Of a stretch of DNA of 64,000 nucleotides, positions 49,752 to 59,902 are shown in pieces (position 1 is the stretch's first letter; each line of letters starts with the position of its first letter). The DNA lies in the NCBI GenBank assembly GCA_947642635.1, contig CANRTI010000004.1, positions 5,467 to 69,466 on the forward strand, given 5' to 3'. The stretch comes from an uncultured Mycoplasma sp. Lineage in GTDB: Bacteria > Bacillota_I > Bacilli_A > RF39 > UBA660. Position numbers and translations under genes: made by a program. The notes beneath the pieces were generated by a model. That model ran no database searches and was not told the DNA's origin. It saw nothing but the letters and a program-made list of their open reading frames with translations.

Positions 49752-52439
49752 TTAATTTATAACTATCTTTTTAGTTAATGTAATAGGTTTTTCGTTTTTA
49801 TCTAGAACATGTAATTTTAATTCATATTCCCCAGCAGTTAAAACATAATTTAATATTTCAATAGATAATTTTTTAGGAGTATCATTATCAATTGAATATA
49901 ATAGTTTTGCTGGTAATGAACCACCACTTATTACAGCTAATTCAATATCATCACTAGAGACCCAACCAATTGTTTCTTTAAAATCAATTGTAATATATTT
50001 ATTATTTCTTACTTCTAGATTAGTAATTAATTCGTTCTCAGTTTCATCTGGAACATCGATAGTTTCTGGGATTTTATAATGATCGACAAAACCAGTTCGA
50101 TAATTACCATCATAGTCTACAAATAAAGCCCAAACTCTAGTATTTCTAGTTACATTATAACCAGTTAAATCTAAAGTAAGAGTATTTGGTCCTGCATTCA
50201 AAGCTTGTTGTTTGATATTATTATCGCCATTTTTAACGTTTTCAATAACATCATTAGCAAATGGTGTTGATGAGTTATAATCGTATATACCACCATTCCA
50301 CTCATAAATTCCATAGTAAACTATTCCTGCTTCATCAGAGTTAAAATTGAAGATAGCCGTATTTTCATCAACTCTTTTAACATTATCAACAGCACCAGTT
50401 ATTGTTGGAGGATCGAAATGTGAAACAAAACTACTTTCAATTTTTTCTGTATCAGATATTTGAATTTTAACTGTATATTTGTTATCTTTATGACCATAAT
50501 TATCAGGTACAATTATTATATATGTTAATAAATCAGGACTAGTTATAAATTTAGCACCCTTAATAGTTAAGTTCTTTTGAGTTGGACAAATAATTTCAAA
50601 ATCTTCTAATGTTAATTTTTTATCTGGTACTTTATTCAAAGTAAAGACAAATCGATTAGACATTTCTTCACTTGCGGATACTATTTGGTAATTACTTGGA
50701 TCTTTAGTTACTACTTCTCCAGGAATATTAAAAGGTCCTTTTTCTTTAGAAATATTTTCAAAATATCCTTCAATTACATAATACAAATTATATGATTTGT
50801 TTGGTTCTAAATTATTGATTGTAATAGCATTGTAGCCAACTTTTACGGCTCCTTTTTGACCATTTTCTTTAATAAAATTAGGAGTTAGCGCTTCTCTAGT
50901 AGTAACATCTTCTAAAATATAGTAGATATAACCACCTTCATCAACACCGTATAATTCTAAATTAGCAGTTGTCTCAGTTGTTCTTTCCACTACTACTTTA
51001 TTAACTGTTGGATTAGCATAATCAGTATCAAAATCTTTACTAATTATATTACCATTTGGTAAAGTCAAATATAAAGCATAGGAATCATTTTTGAAATATG
51101 ATGTTGTTAAAGTATATGTTTTATTATCACTTGTACTTAAATTATATAATGTAATACTTTTACCAGCATTACAAATAACTGATAAATCTTTAATTGTTAA
51201 ATTAACAGCTTTACTTAAAGTAAAAGTAACACTTCCTTGAGAAGTTGAAATAGCACTTTCAATTCGATTTTCATTTTCAGAACGAATTAAAATATTGTCA
51301 TTTTCGCCTTCTACTATTGGTTTTTCAACAATTGGAGTATATATTCTTGTATTACTAGCACTTATAATAGCACTATTAATTGAACCTGTTCCCGAAACAA
51401 TTGTATTTTCACCTAAATTGTAAAAATTATTAATTATATTACCATTATTAATGCGGATAGTACTTTGTTCATTATTCATAAAAGTATTTACTTCACCATT
51501 AACAATAATTGTAGAATCAGCGCTTCCATTAGTTAACATATCAACTGTTTGATTAACAGAAACTAAACCAGATGTTTTAAATGTAGCTTTTTGGATTGGA
51601 ACATTTAAAATAACTTCATTTGCATCATTAACTGTAACATTAGATATTGTATTTTCACCATTAATCTCAATGTTATTATTTATTACAGCTGTTTCAATTT
51701 TACTACCATTTTGTAAATTAATTGTAGCTCCTTCTAAAGATTTATTCATGCTATTAAAAGAAGATTTTCGAAAAGCATATGTTCTTAATATTTGTTTATT
51801 GGTAGTAAGAGATGTTATATTAGAATTAATAATATCTAATTGATAATTGTTTGGTTCAACTAAAACTAACCCATTGTTTATTTCAATAGTGTCTAACACT
51901 ATTTTAGAATTACTATCAATATTAGCACTAATTGTAATTGAATTATATTTTTGGTTATTAACTTTATAAATACCATTTTGAACCATATCATTAGTAATTA
52001 TTAAATCTTCTAACTTTTCTTCTTCACTAGGTTTACTAGGTTCTTCTATTTGTGGCGGATTATTTGGTTCGTTTTCTTCTGGATTATTAATTGAAGGGTT
52101 TTCAGGAGCTGGTTTATTAACTATTGGTTTAGAATTATTATTTGGTTTTGATGATGGCTTTAAATTTGAAGAATTATTGAAATTATCATTTTCATTTATT
52201 TCATCATCTGGTTCATCTATATTTAAATTATCATCATTATTGTTATTTGTTGAATTATCAAAGTCATCTAAATTATTATTATTATTATCGTTTACCGGAT
52301 TTTTAGTATCTTGTACTTGATTATTATTATCTAATTTATTTTGATTTACAAAAAAATAAGTACATCCACCAATTACTCCGATTACTCCAATACAAGTCGC
52401 AGTTATTATTTTAATCTTTTTTTCCATTAATATAAACAC
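49752..52439 (-). CDS. large N-terminally anchored surface protein with Asn/Pro-rich low-complexity linker
   Basis: TM anchor, N/P-rich region and beta-rich repeats. Confidence 0.5.
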   Translation of the reverse strand: MFILMEKKIKIITATCIGVIGVIGGCTYFFVNQNKLDNNNQVQDTKNPVNDNNNNNLDDFDNSTNNNNDDNLNIDEPDDEINENDNFNNSSNLKPSSKPNNNSKPIVNKPAPENPSINNPEENEPNNPPQIEEPSKPSEEEKLEDLIITNDMVQNGIYKVNNQKYNSITISANIDSNSKIVLDTIEINNGLVLVEPNNYQLDIINSNITSLTTNKQILRTYAFRKSSFNSMNKSLEGATINLQNGSKIETAVINNNIEINGENTISNVTVNDANEVILNVPIQKATFKTSGLVSVNQTVDMLTNGSADSTIIVNGEVNTFMNNEQSTIRINNGNIINNFYNLGENTIVSGTGSINSAIISASNTRIYTPIVEKPIVEGENDNILIRSENENRIESAISTSQGSVTFTLSKAVNLTIKDLSVICNAGKSITLYNLSTSDNKTYTLTTSYFKNDSYALYLTLPNGNIISKDFDTDYANPTVNKVVVERTTETTANLELYGVDEGGYIYYILEDVTTREALTPNFIKENGQKGAVKVGYNAITINNLEPNKSYNLYYVIEGYFENISKEKGPFNIPGEVVTKDPSNYQIVSASEEMSNRFVFTLNKVPDKKLTLEDFEIICPTQKNLTIKGAKFITSPDLLTYIIIVPDNYGHKDNKYTVKIQISDTEKIESSFVSHFDPPTITGAVDNVKRVDENTAIFNFNSDEAGIVYYGIYEWNGGIYDYNSSTPFANDVIENVKNGDNNIKQQALNAGPNTLTLDLTGYNVTRNTRVWALFVDYDGNYRTGFVDHYKIPETIDVPDETENELITNLEVRNNKYITIDFKETIGWVSSDDIELAVISGGSLPAKLLYSIDNDTPKKLSIEILNYVLTAGEYELKLHVLDKNEKPITLTKKIVIN

Positions 52440-52623
52440 CTCTTAATTCAATATAATTTTGTCACATTTTTGACAAATTGTCAACATTTTTAGAGCAATT
52501 AATCGTCAAACACATTGACAAAAAATATATATTAATCTTCTATATTGTATGTCAAATACAAGAAAAAAGAAAGGGATTTTTAGACATAAAAAAATGTTGA
52601 TAAACATAAAGTTATCAACACAT

Positions 52624-54600
52624 TTATTGTTTTTTAATAAATTCGGCAATTTGAATTGCTGTTTTTTCAACACCTAAAATATCAACATTAATTAATAAAT
52701 CATAATTACTTAAATCTTGCCAATCTCTATTTGTATAATATTTATAGTGTTTAGCTCGTTCTTTGTTAATGGCATTAATTTTCTTTAAAGCATCCTTTGA
52801 AGAAAGACCATAATATTTAGTAGCTCTTGCAACTTTACTTTCATTATCACTATATAAAAATACTTTTAAAACTTCTTTTTTATCTTTTAAAATGTAATCT
52901 GCACATCTTCCAACAATAACACAAGATGTTTTTTTAGCTAAATCTTTAATAACTTTAGATTCAGCAATAAAAAGTCGATCATCATTATTATTGGCAAATT
53001 TTGTTGAACTATTTTTCTCATCTATTTTTTTAATATAATCTTTTGATAAACCACTTTCTTTAGCACTTAAGCTAATTAACTCTTTGTCATAAAAATTAAT
53101 CCCCAAATTTTTAGCAAGAATTTCTCCAACATAACGACCACCACTGCCATACTCTCTACTAATAGTAATTACAATATTTTTTCCATTTTTAGCAAGAAAA
53201 TTCTCATTTTTATCTTCTTCAACACTATTATTTTCCACTTTTGATAATTTATGATATTCTGAACCAAATATAAAAAGACATGTTATAAAACATAAAATAT
53301 CCGATAACCATCCAGCATTTAAAACACCATATAAACCTTTGTTAAAAGTTAAACTTAGAAGTAGGGATATAGGGATAAATAAAATAATTTGTCTAATAAA
53401 AGAAACCATTGTAGCTTTAAATATATTTCCTAATGATTGAACAACAATACTGGTAGTAATTTCTAAAGCATTTAAGCCCATTAGCAGCATTAATGAACGA
53501 CATGTTAATGTGGCAAATTCTAAAGATAACTCATAACTAACATCGGATTTAGTTATAAAAAAGCTGACAATTTCTCTTGGAAATAAAACAAAAACTATAT
53601 TAAAAATAATTCCTATTATAAAATTAATTGTTAAAACTTTCTTTAAAACTTCTTTTACTCTTTTCTTATTACCAGCCCCATAATTGAAACCTATAATTGG
53701 TTGAGCTCCAATGGCAATTCCTAAAATAAAAGAAATATACATTGAATTAACTTTAGAAATAATGCCATAAACAGAAAGAGGAATGTCTGCCCCAAATTTT
53801 GTTCTAGAACCTAATCTCGTTAAAATATTATTCATGAAAACAAATAAAACTAAAACTGTCATTTGAGTTATAAAACTAGATAATCCTAATCCAAGTACTC
53901 GAAGAATAGAATTGTTAGGGATAAAATCTTTTTTAGTCAACTTAAAGTTTTTCATTTTTGGGATATATATTAATGCTAGAATAAAGGAAACAAATTGACC
54001 GATAACAGTAGCCCAAGCACCACCAGCAACACCCATATCAAATTTGATAATAAAGATAGGATCCAAAATAATATTAATAATAGCACCTGCTATTAACATA
54101 ATCATTGAATATTTTGGGGAGCCATCTGCTCTTATAATACTTGATAAAGCTGAGTAGAAAATAACAAAAGGTGCTCCAAGCGCAATGATTTTACCATAAG
54201 ATAAAGCGTAGGGATAAACTGCTTTTGTACTTCCAAACAAAGGAATTAATTGAGGTAAAAATACATATGATAAAATGCCAATTATTATTGCTACTAAAAA
54301 AGTAATAGTTATTGAACTTCCTAAAGCTTTTTTAGCTTCTTCTTTTTTACCTTCACCTAACTTTAAAGATAAATTTGCACTGGCACCATTACCAATTAAA
54401 GAAGAAATAGCACCAAATATTAAAACTAAAGGAAAAATAACATTTGTAGCACCATTACCTAAACTACCAACTCCTTTTCCAATAAATATTTGATCAACAA
54501 TGTTATAAACTGCATTAATTAACATGCTTATAACACAAGGAATGGAAAAAGTTAGTAGTAACTTATTAATTTTCTCATTACCTAAATCTAATTTTTTCAT
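52624..54600 (-). CDS. MATE-family efflux transporter fused to C-terminal cytidylate-kinase-like (PF13189-type) domain
   Basis: ~450-aa 12-TM MATE core followed by a P-loop domain (VITISREYGSGGRYVGEILAKNLG). Confidence 0.65.
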   Translation of the reverse strand: MKKLDLGNEKINKLLLTFSIPCVISMLINAVYNIVDQIFIGKGVGSLGNGATNVIFPLVLIFGAISSLIGNGASANLSLKLGEGKKEEAKKALGSSITITFLVAIIIGILSYVFLPQLIPLFGSTKAVYPYALSYGKIIALGAPFVIFYSALSSIIRADGSPKYSMIMLIAGAIINIILDPIFIIKFDMGVAGGAWATVIGQFVSFILALIYIPKMKNFKLTKKDFIPNNSILRVLGLGLSSFITQMTVLVLFVFMNNILTRLGSRTKFGADIPLSVYGIISKVNSMYISFILGIAIGAQPIIGFNYGAGNKKRVKEVLKKVLTINFIIGIIFNIVFVLFPREIVSFFITKSDVSYELSLEFATLTCRSLMLLMGLNALEITTSIVVQSLGNIFKATMVSFIRQIILFIPISLLLSLTFNKGLYGVLNAGWLSDILCFITCLFIFGSEYHKLSKVENNSVEEDKNENFLAKNGKNIVITISREYGSGGRYVGEILAKNLGINFYDKELISLSAKESGLSKDYIKKIDEKNSSTKFANNNDDRLFIAESKVIKDLAKKTSCVIVGRCADYILKDKKEVLKVFLYSDNESKVARATKYYGLSSKDALKKINAINKERAKHYKYYTNRDWQDLSNYDLLINVDILGVEKTAIQIAEFIKKQ

Positions 54601-54725
54601 GTATCAACACCAACTTTCTAACAAATAAAAAAATACATATAATTTTTAAGGCATTATCAATTATCGCTTAAAAATTTTTTAAAGTCAACATTTAATTTGA
54701 ACTTTAAAAGGTGTATTTTTTAAAA

Positions 54726-57671
54726 TTATTCAACTGATTTTAAAGAATCAATCATATCAATATTTTTAATTGTTCTGTTAATTAATAATTGAACTAATAA
54801 TGAAAAGATAATGGTAATAATTGCAGAAAATATATAACTATACCAAAAAATATTATATAAGAATTGAACACTACCTGTTTGAGCTGTAGCAACAACAAAA
54901 TGATGTAAGAAAATGCCTAAACCAAAACCTAGTAAAATCCCTATAATTGTTAAAATAAAGGTTTCGCGGTAGATAAAAATAAATATTTCAAAATTATTAA
55001 ATCCTAAAACTTTAAACGTTGCTATTTCTCTTTTTCGTTCATTAACATTAATAATAGTCAAATTATAAATTACTGCAAAAACTAATAAACAAGCACATCC
55101 TATAATTAAAATAATTAGATTATTTATACTTTTTATAAAAGTATCGAAAGTTTCAATTATATCTTTAGTATTATTAATTGCATAAATATCATAATCATTT
55201 AATTCTATTGGAGATTTAATCTCTTTATTAGTGACAATATTATTATATTTAACTTCCTTTTTAAATACTTCTTCATAATAAGTAGAACTCATGTATATAT
55301 AATGACCAATATAATTTTCTACCACATCTTTAACTTGAAAAATAAATAATTCATTATCACTATTTCTTATTTTTATAAAGCCGTTTTTGGTAACTTGTAA
55401 TTGCTCGGCCATTTGACTAGTTATAATAGCCCCTTTTTCATGTATTTGAACACTTTTTTTATTAATAGTACTACTTAATTCAACAAAATCATTGAGTTTA
55501 TTTTGATTATTTGGAACAATTATATAAACAGTTTCTTCTTTATTATCATAAGAATATTTATATGCATTTTGACTAAGTAGTAAGTAGTTAGTTATTTTAT
55601 TATTTGTTAATAAATTGTTAATAGCGGGAGAAATATTTGTAACTTCTTCTTTTAAAATTATTTGAGAATCATATTTAATTATTGAATTATACTGAATTTT
55701 AGAAATAATATTAATACTATCATTTAAACCAAAACCAGTTAAAAGTAAAGCTGTACAACCAGCAACTCCTAAAATAGTCATAGTTATTCTTTTTTTATAA
55801 CGAAATAAATTTCTAATAGTAATTTTATTCATAAAATTTAAGCGGTTCCAAATTTTTTTAAATCTTTCCAAAAATACTTTTTTACCATTTTTAGGAGCTT
55901 TGGGACGAAGTAATTCAGCAGGTTTATCCTTTAATTCTTTAGAACATGCTATTATTGTAATTGTAAACATTAATACTATAGTAATTAAAATAATTAAAAT
56001 TAATGATATTTGATCTACTTTGGACAGGAATTTTGGCAAGTTATAGTTTGAAGTAAAAACACTATAAATTACTTTAGTAATAATTCCATAACCAAGACTA
56101 AGCCCTAAAAAAATTCCAATTAAAGTTGAAGATAGAACATATAGTAAATAACTAAAAATAATATTTGCTTTACTAAAACCATTAGATTGTAAAATACCAA
56201 TTTCGCCTCGCTCTTCTTCTATTAATCTAGTAAGTGTATTTAAACACATTAACATAACGACAATTATAAAAAATACTGGTAATATTTTTGAAATTGCTGC
56301 AACTTTTATAGCATCATCATAATAATTTTGATAGCCAGGATTACTAGTTCGATCTTGTAAATACCAAATTGGTTTAGCAATTTTTGTCACTTCTTCTTTG
56401 GCCTTAGCAATTTTCTCATTAGCATCTTTTTTGGCATTTTCTAATTTTGTAATACCTTCATTATATTCATTGTATCCTTTTTCTAATTTGTTTTCTTGTT
56501 TTTCTATAGTATCTAAAAATTTTTGCTTTTCAACATTTAATTTTATTAAACCATCATCTATTTCTATAATAGCATTTTTTAACATTACAAGATTGTTATA
56601 TTGAGAATTTAAAGATGCTAATGTACTATTTAATTCCTCATATCTAATGTCATCTTTCGAAATACTATTTATTAATTCTTTTAAATTATTGATTTCATTA
56701 TTTAGATTATTTATGGAACTATCTATATCATTATAAGAAATATGATAATTTGCTAACTCTTGAATAAGATTTTCTTTTTCTTTAATTAAATTATCATAAC
56801 TATTACTTAATTTGCTAATTGTTTGTTTTTTGGTTTGTTTAAGTTTATAATTATTATTATCTAATTCTTTTTTAACATTAGCTAACTTATTAGAATTTTT
56901 CGAAATTTCTGTAGATAAATCAGCTTCTATTTTAGCTATTTCATCATTTGCTTTTTGTAAAACTTCTTCGTATTTTAATGTTTCTCTAATCGGTTTTAAA
57001 TTTACTAATTCTTTATGTAACTTCTCAATGCTTTTTTGATATTTTTCACTATAACTCGAAGTTTTTTGACTATTTTTGGCAATTAAATAAACTTCAGTAT
57101 AATATTCTAAATTAAATGTGTCTGGTAAAACAAAAATAAAACTTTTTAATTGTCCATTACCAGTATTAGAAATTCCATAATTATTATTTAAGTAAAGTGG
57201 AGATTTAATTAAGCCAACTATTTCACACTTTGAAACATTAAGATATTCATTATGAAATTCTAGTGTGTCTTTTATTTGAAATTCTTGATAATCACCTAAA
57301 CATTCATTGATATTTTGGGGCATTTTTCCATCAACTAAATTAACTTTATTTATTTCTTCAATGGAATGCATTCTTACAGATTTTCCTTCAATTAATATGT
57401 CTAAAGAATAACTAGGAATAACTTTAGCAATATTTTGAAGATTTTTTAAGGCATTAATATCATTAGTGTCCAAGCCATAAGTACTACTAATTTTATAATC
57501 CATTAACTCTAATTCATCATAATAATTATCGGCTGTATGAAGCATTCCTGGAGTTGATTCGCGTAGTCCAACAAAAACTCCGATACCAATTAAAATGATA
57601 AGAGAAATAGAGATAAAGCGACCAAACGATTTAAAAACTTTTTTAGTGCTATTTTTTAATAAAAGCCACAT
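54726..57671 (-). CDS. FtsX/MacB-type ABC transporter permease with large coiled-coil extracellular domain
   Basis: Two FtsX-like four-TM modules and a ~350-aa coiled-coil insert. Confidence 0.7.
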   Translation of the reverse strand: MWLLLKNSTKKVFKSFGRFISISLIILIGIGVFVGLRESTPGMLHTADNYYDELELMDYKISSTYGLDTNDINALKNLQNIAKVIPSYSLDILIEGKSVRMHSIEEINKVNLVDGKMPQNINECLGDYQEFQIKDTLEFHNEYLNVSKCEIVGLIKSPLYLNNNYGISNTGNGQLKSFIFVLPDTFNLEYYTEVYLIAKNSQKTSSYSEKYQKSIEKLHKELVNLKPIRETLKYEEVLQKANDEIAKIEADLSTEISKNSNKLANVKKELDNNNYKLKQTKKQTISKLSNSYDNLIKEKENLIQELANYHISYNDIDSSINNLNNEINNLKELINSISKDDIRYEELNSTLASLNSQYNNLVMLKNAIIEIDDGLIKLNVEKQKFLDTIEKQENKLEKGYNEYNEGITKLENAKKDANEKIAKAKEEVTKIAKPIWYLQDRTSNPGYQNYYDDAIKVAAISKILPVFFIIVVMLMCLNTLTRLIEEERGEIGILQSNGFSKANIIFSYLLYVLSSTLIGIFLGLSLGYGIITKVIYSVFTSNYNLPKFLSKVDQISLILIILITIVLMFTITIIACSKELKDKPAELLRPKAPKNGKKVFLERFKKIWNRLNFMNKITIRNLFRYKKRITMTILGVAGCTALLLTGFGLNDSINIISKIQYNSIIKYDSQIILKEEVTNISPAINNLLTNNKITNYLLLSQNAYKYSYDNKEETVYIIVPNNQNKLNDFVELSSTINKKSVQIHEKGAIITSQMAEQLQVTKNGFIKIRNSDNELFIFQVKDVVENYIGHYIYMSSTYYEEVFKKEVKYNNIVTNKEIKSPIELNDYDIYAINNTKDIIETFDTFIKSINNLIILIIGCACLLVFAVIYNLTIINVNERKREIATFKVLGFNNFEIFIFIYRETFILTIIGILLGFGLGIFLHHFVVATAQTGSVQFLYNIFWYSYIFSAIITIIFSLLVQLLINRTIKNIDMIDSLKSVE

Positions 57672-58372
57672 TACCAGTCAATCTCCTTTATGCTTTTAGG
57701 TTTCTTATTAATTATTAAATCAGCTATTTGACCGTTTTTCATCTTTATAACTTTATCTGCCATATTAGCAATTACTTGGTTATGCGTAATTATTACAACA
57801 GTCATTTGATATTTACGGGAAGCATTTTGTAAAACTTCTAAAACTTTTTTACCCGTAACTGAGTCTAGAGCACCAGTTGGTTCATCACATAGTAAAAGTT
57901 TAGGATTTTTGGCAATTGCTCTTGCAATAGCTACTCGTTGTTGTTCACCTCCAGATAATTGACTTGGAAAATTATTTTTACGAGAAATTAAACCAACTTT
58001 TTCTAAAACTTCTTCTCCAGATAATGCGTTTTTACATATTTGACTTGTTAATTCAATATTTTCTAAAGCAGTTAAATTTTGAACTAAATTATAAAATTGA
58101 AAAACAAACCCGATATCATTACGGCGATATTTGGTTAATTCTTTTTCAGTATATTTAGAAATATCTTTGTCAGCTACAATCACACTTCCATTACTAGGAG
58201 AATCCATTCCACCCAAAATATTTAAAATTGTAGTTTTACCAGCACCACTAGGGCCTAATACGACAACTAATTCTCCTTCTTCAATATCAAAAGAAACATT
58301 GTCTACTGCTTTTATTGTTATTTCGCCCATACGATATTCTTTAGTTAAATTAGATACTTTGATATAAGCCAT
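57671..58372 (-). CDS. ABC transporter ATP-binding protein (MacB/LolD-like)
   Basis: Walker [10 protein letters not shown], signature LSGGEQQR, Walker B LLLCDEPT. Likely start is MAYIKV. Confidence 0.85.
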   Translation of the reverse strand: MAYIKVSNLTKEYRMGEITIKAVDNVSFDIEEGELVVVLGPSGAGKTTILNILGGMDSPSNGSVIVADKDISKYTEKELTKYRRNDIGFVFQFYNLVQNLTALENIELTSQICKNALSGEEVLEKVGLISRKNNFPSQLSGGEQQRVAIARAIAKNPKLLLCDEPTGALDSVTGKKVLEVLQNASRKYQMTVVIITHNQVIANMADKVIKMKNGQIADLIINKKPKSIKEIDW

Positions 58373-58445
58373 AGTAATTCTCCTTATTATAGTATTCAAG
58401 CTCATTATAACATGAAAGTATTAATTTTGAAATGTTTACTTATTT

Positions 58446-59726
58446 TTAATTCTTAAACTCTTTTAGTAAAAAATTCATATCAAAAACTGGGATATGATTA
58501 ATAATATTTTGACAATTACTATATTTCGGAGCATTTGATTCAAATAGTGCATATAACCATTTTTCTTTAATAGTAATTTGTTCTAAAAGAGGTGGTAATT
58601 CATAAGTCAATTTAAAAAGATTAGGATTGGAATAATTAGTAATTTTTTCATCATACTTATAAATATGCAAATATGATGAGTTATTTCGGCCATAAGAAAT
58701 ACTTAGCAATAAATATATTTGATTATTATTTTGATAAAAAGTTATACCTTGAACTTGAGATGGCACTTCAAAACTTTTAAGAAATTTTAAATTTATATTT
58801 TTTTTAGTTTTAACTATTTGAAATTTTTTGATAATTCCAGTTTGATTTTTCGAAAAATTCCCAATGTATAAATATTTATCATGAATTGTAAGATAATCAA
58901 TAGTATTTTGAGATTTATTTTGATAATCAACTAAATTATTACTAAGTCCTGTAAACTGATATTTAGCTTGAACTTGTTGATTAGTAAAAAAATCTTTAAC
59001 TGTATATGCATTTAACATTCCATTTTCGGCAGGAATCCATAATAATTTATTATCTTGATCATATTGAATACCACCAACATGAGAAGAATTATCTAATTCA
59101 ACTTTATTAATAATTTGACCATATTTACTTAAAACATAACATATTGATTTAAAATTTTTTTCATGATAGGCAGTAATAAAAATAAAATTGTTAACTAAAG
59201 TTATGCCTTGAGGCACAATTTCCTCTTCTTGCGGAATTTTAATGTTACTCTCATGTAAAATATGAAAAAAATCGGGATATTTATTAAAATTAAACACCAT
59301 TTTATTAGTAAAAGTATTTTTAGTCTTCAAAAAATAACACTTTCCTTTAGTGATTTCTAAAAAATTATTATCTTTAATATAATTAGTAGATGTACTAGTT
59401 GAATTACAATTTGCTAAACGAGAGATTACAAGGGTACATAAATATTTTTGTAAGCCATTAGTTTTAGAGTCATTAATTATCTCCATTAAAATGGGAATAA
59501 CAGGAGCTTTAAGATTTTGAATATTTTGGTAATATTCATTGTTTATGTAATTAAAATCCTCATCACTTAGCCAATCAGTTGTCTTCTCAATTTGTTTTAA
59601 ATTATAAATTACTATTTTTTTTAAAATAGCTTTTTCTCTTTGCAAATCTTTTTTGGAATAAATAAAAAATATTCCTAACACAATTATAATTAATAATACA
59701 CATATTTTTTTCATAAATACCAACAT
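58446..59726 (-). CDS. hypothetical secreted/anchored protein
   Basis: N-terminal signal/TM segment. Confidence 0.4.
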   Translation of the reverse strand: MLVFMKKICVLLIIIVLGIFFIYSKKDLQREKAILKKIVIYNLKQIEKTTDWLSDEDFNYINNEYYQNIQNLKAPVIPILMEIINDSKTNGLQKYLCTLVISRLANCNSTSTSTNYIKDNNFLEITKGKCYFLKTKNTFTNKMVFNFNKYPDFFHILHESNIKIPQEEEIVPQGITLVNNFIFITAYHEKNFKSICYVLSKYGQIINKVELDNSSHVGGIQYDQDNKLLWIPAENGMLNAYTVKDFFTNQQVQAKYQFTGLSNNLVDYQNKSQNTIDYLTIHDKYLYIGNFSKNQTGIIKKFQIVKTKKNINLKFLKSFEVPSQVQGITFYQNNNQIYLLLSISYGRNNSSYLHIYKYDEKITNYSNPNLFKLTYELPPLLEQITIKEKWLYALFESNAPKYSNCQNIINHIPVFDMNFLLKEFKN

Positions 59727-59902
59727 CTTCTAAAAACAAAGATTGTTTATATATTAGATTAAATAAACTAATTTTATTGTTTTTGTTGTGTTTATAATAT
59801 CATATTTTTGATAATTTGACAAAACTTAGATGCTTAGAAATAATTAATTTATATAAAAAACCTCGTTTCTTTATTGTAAGAAATGAGGTTTATTTCGTTA
59901 AT

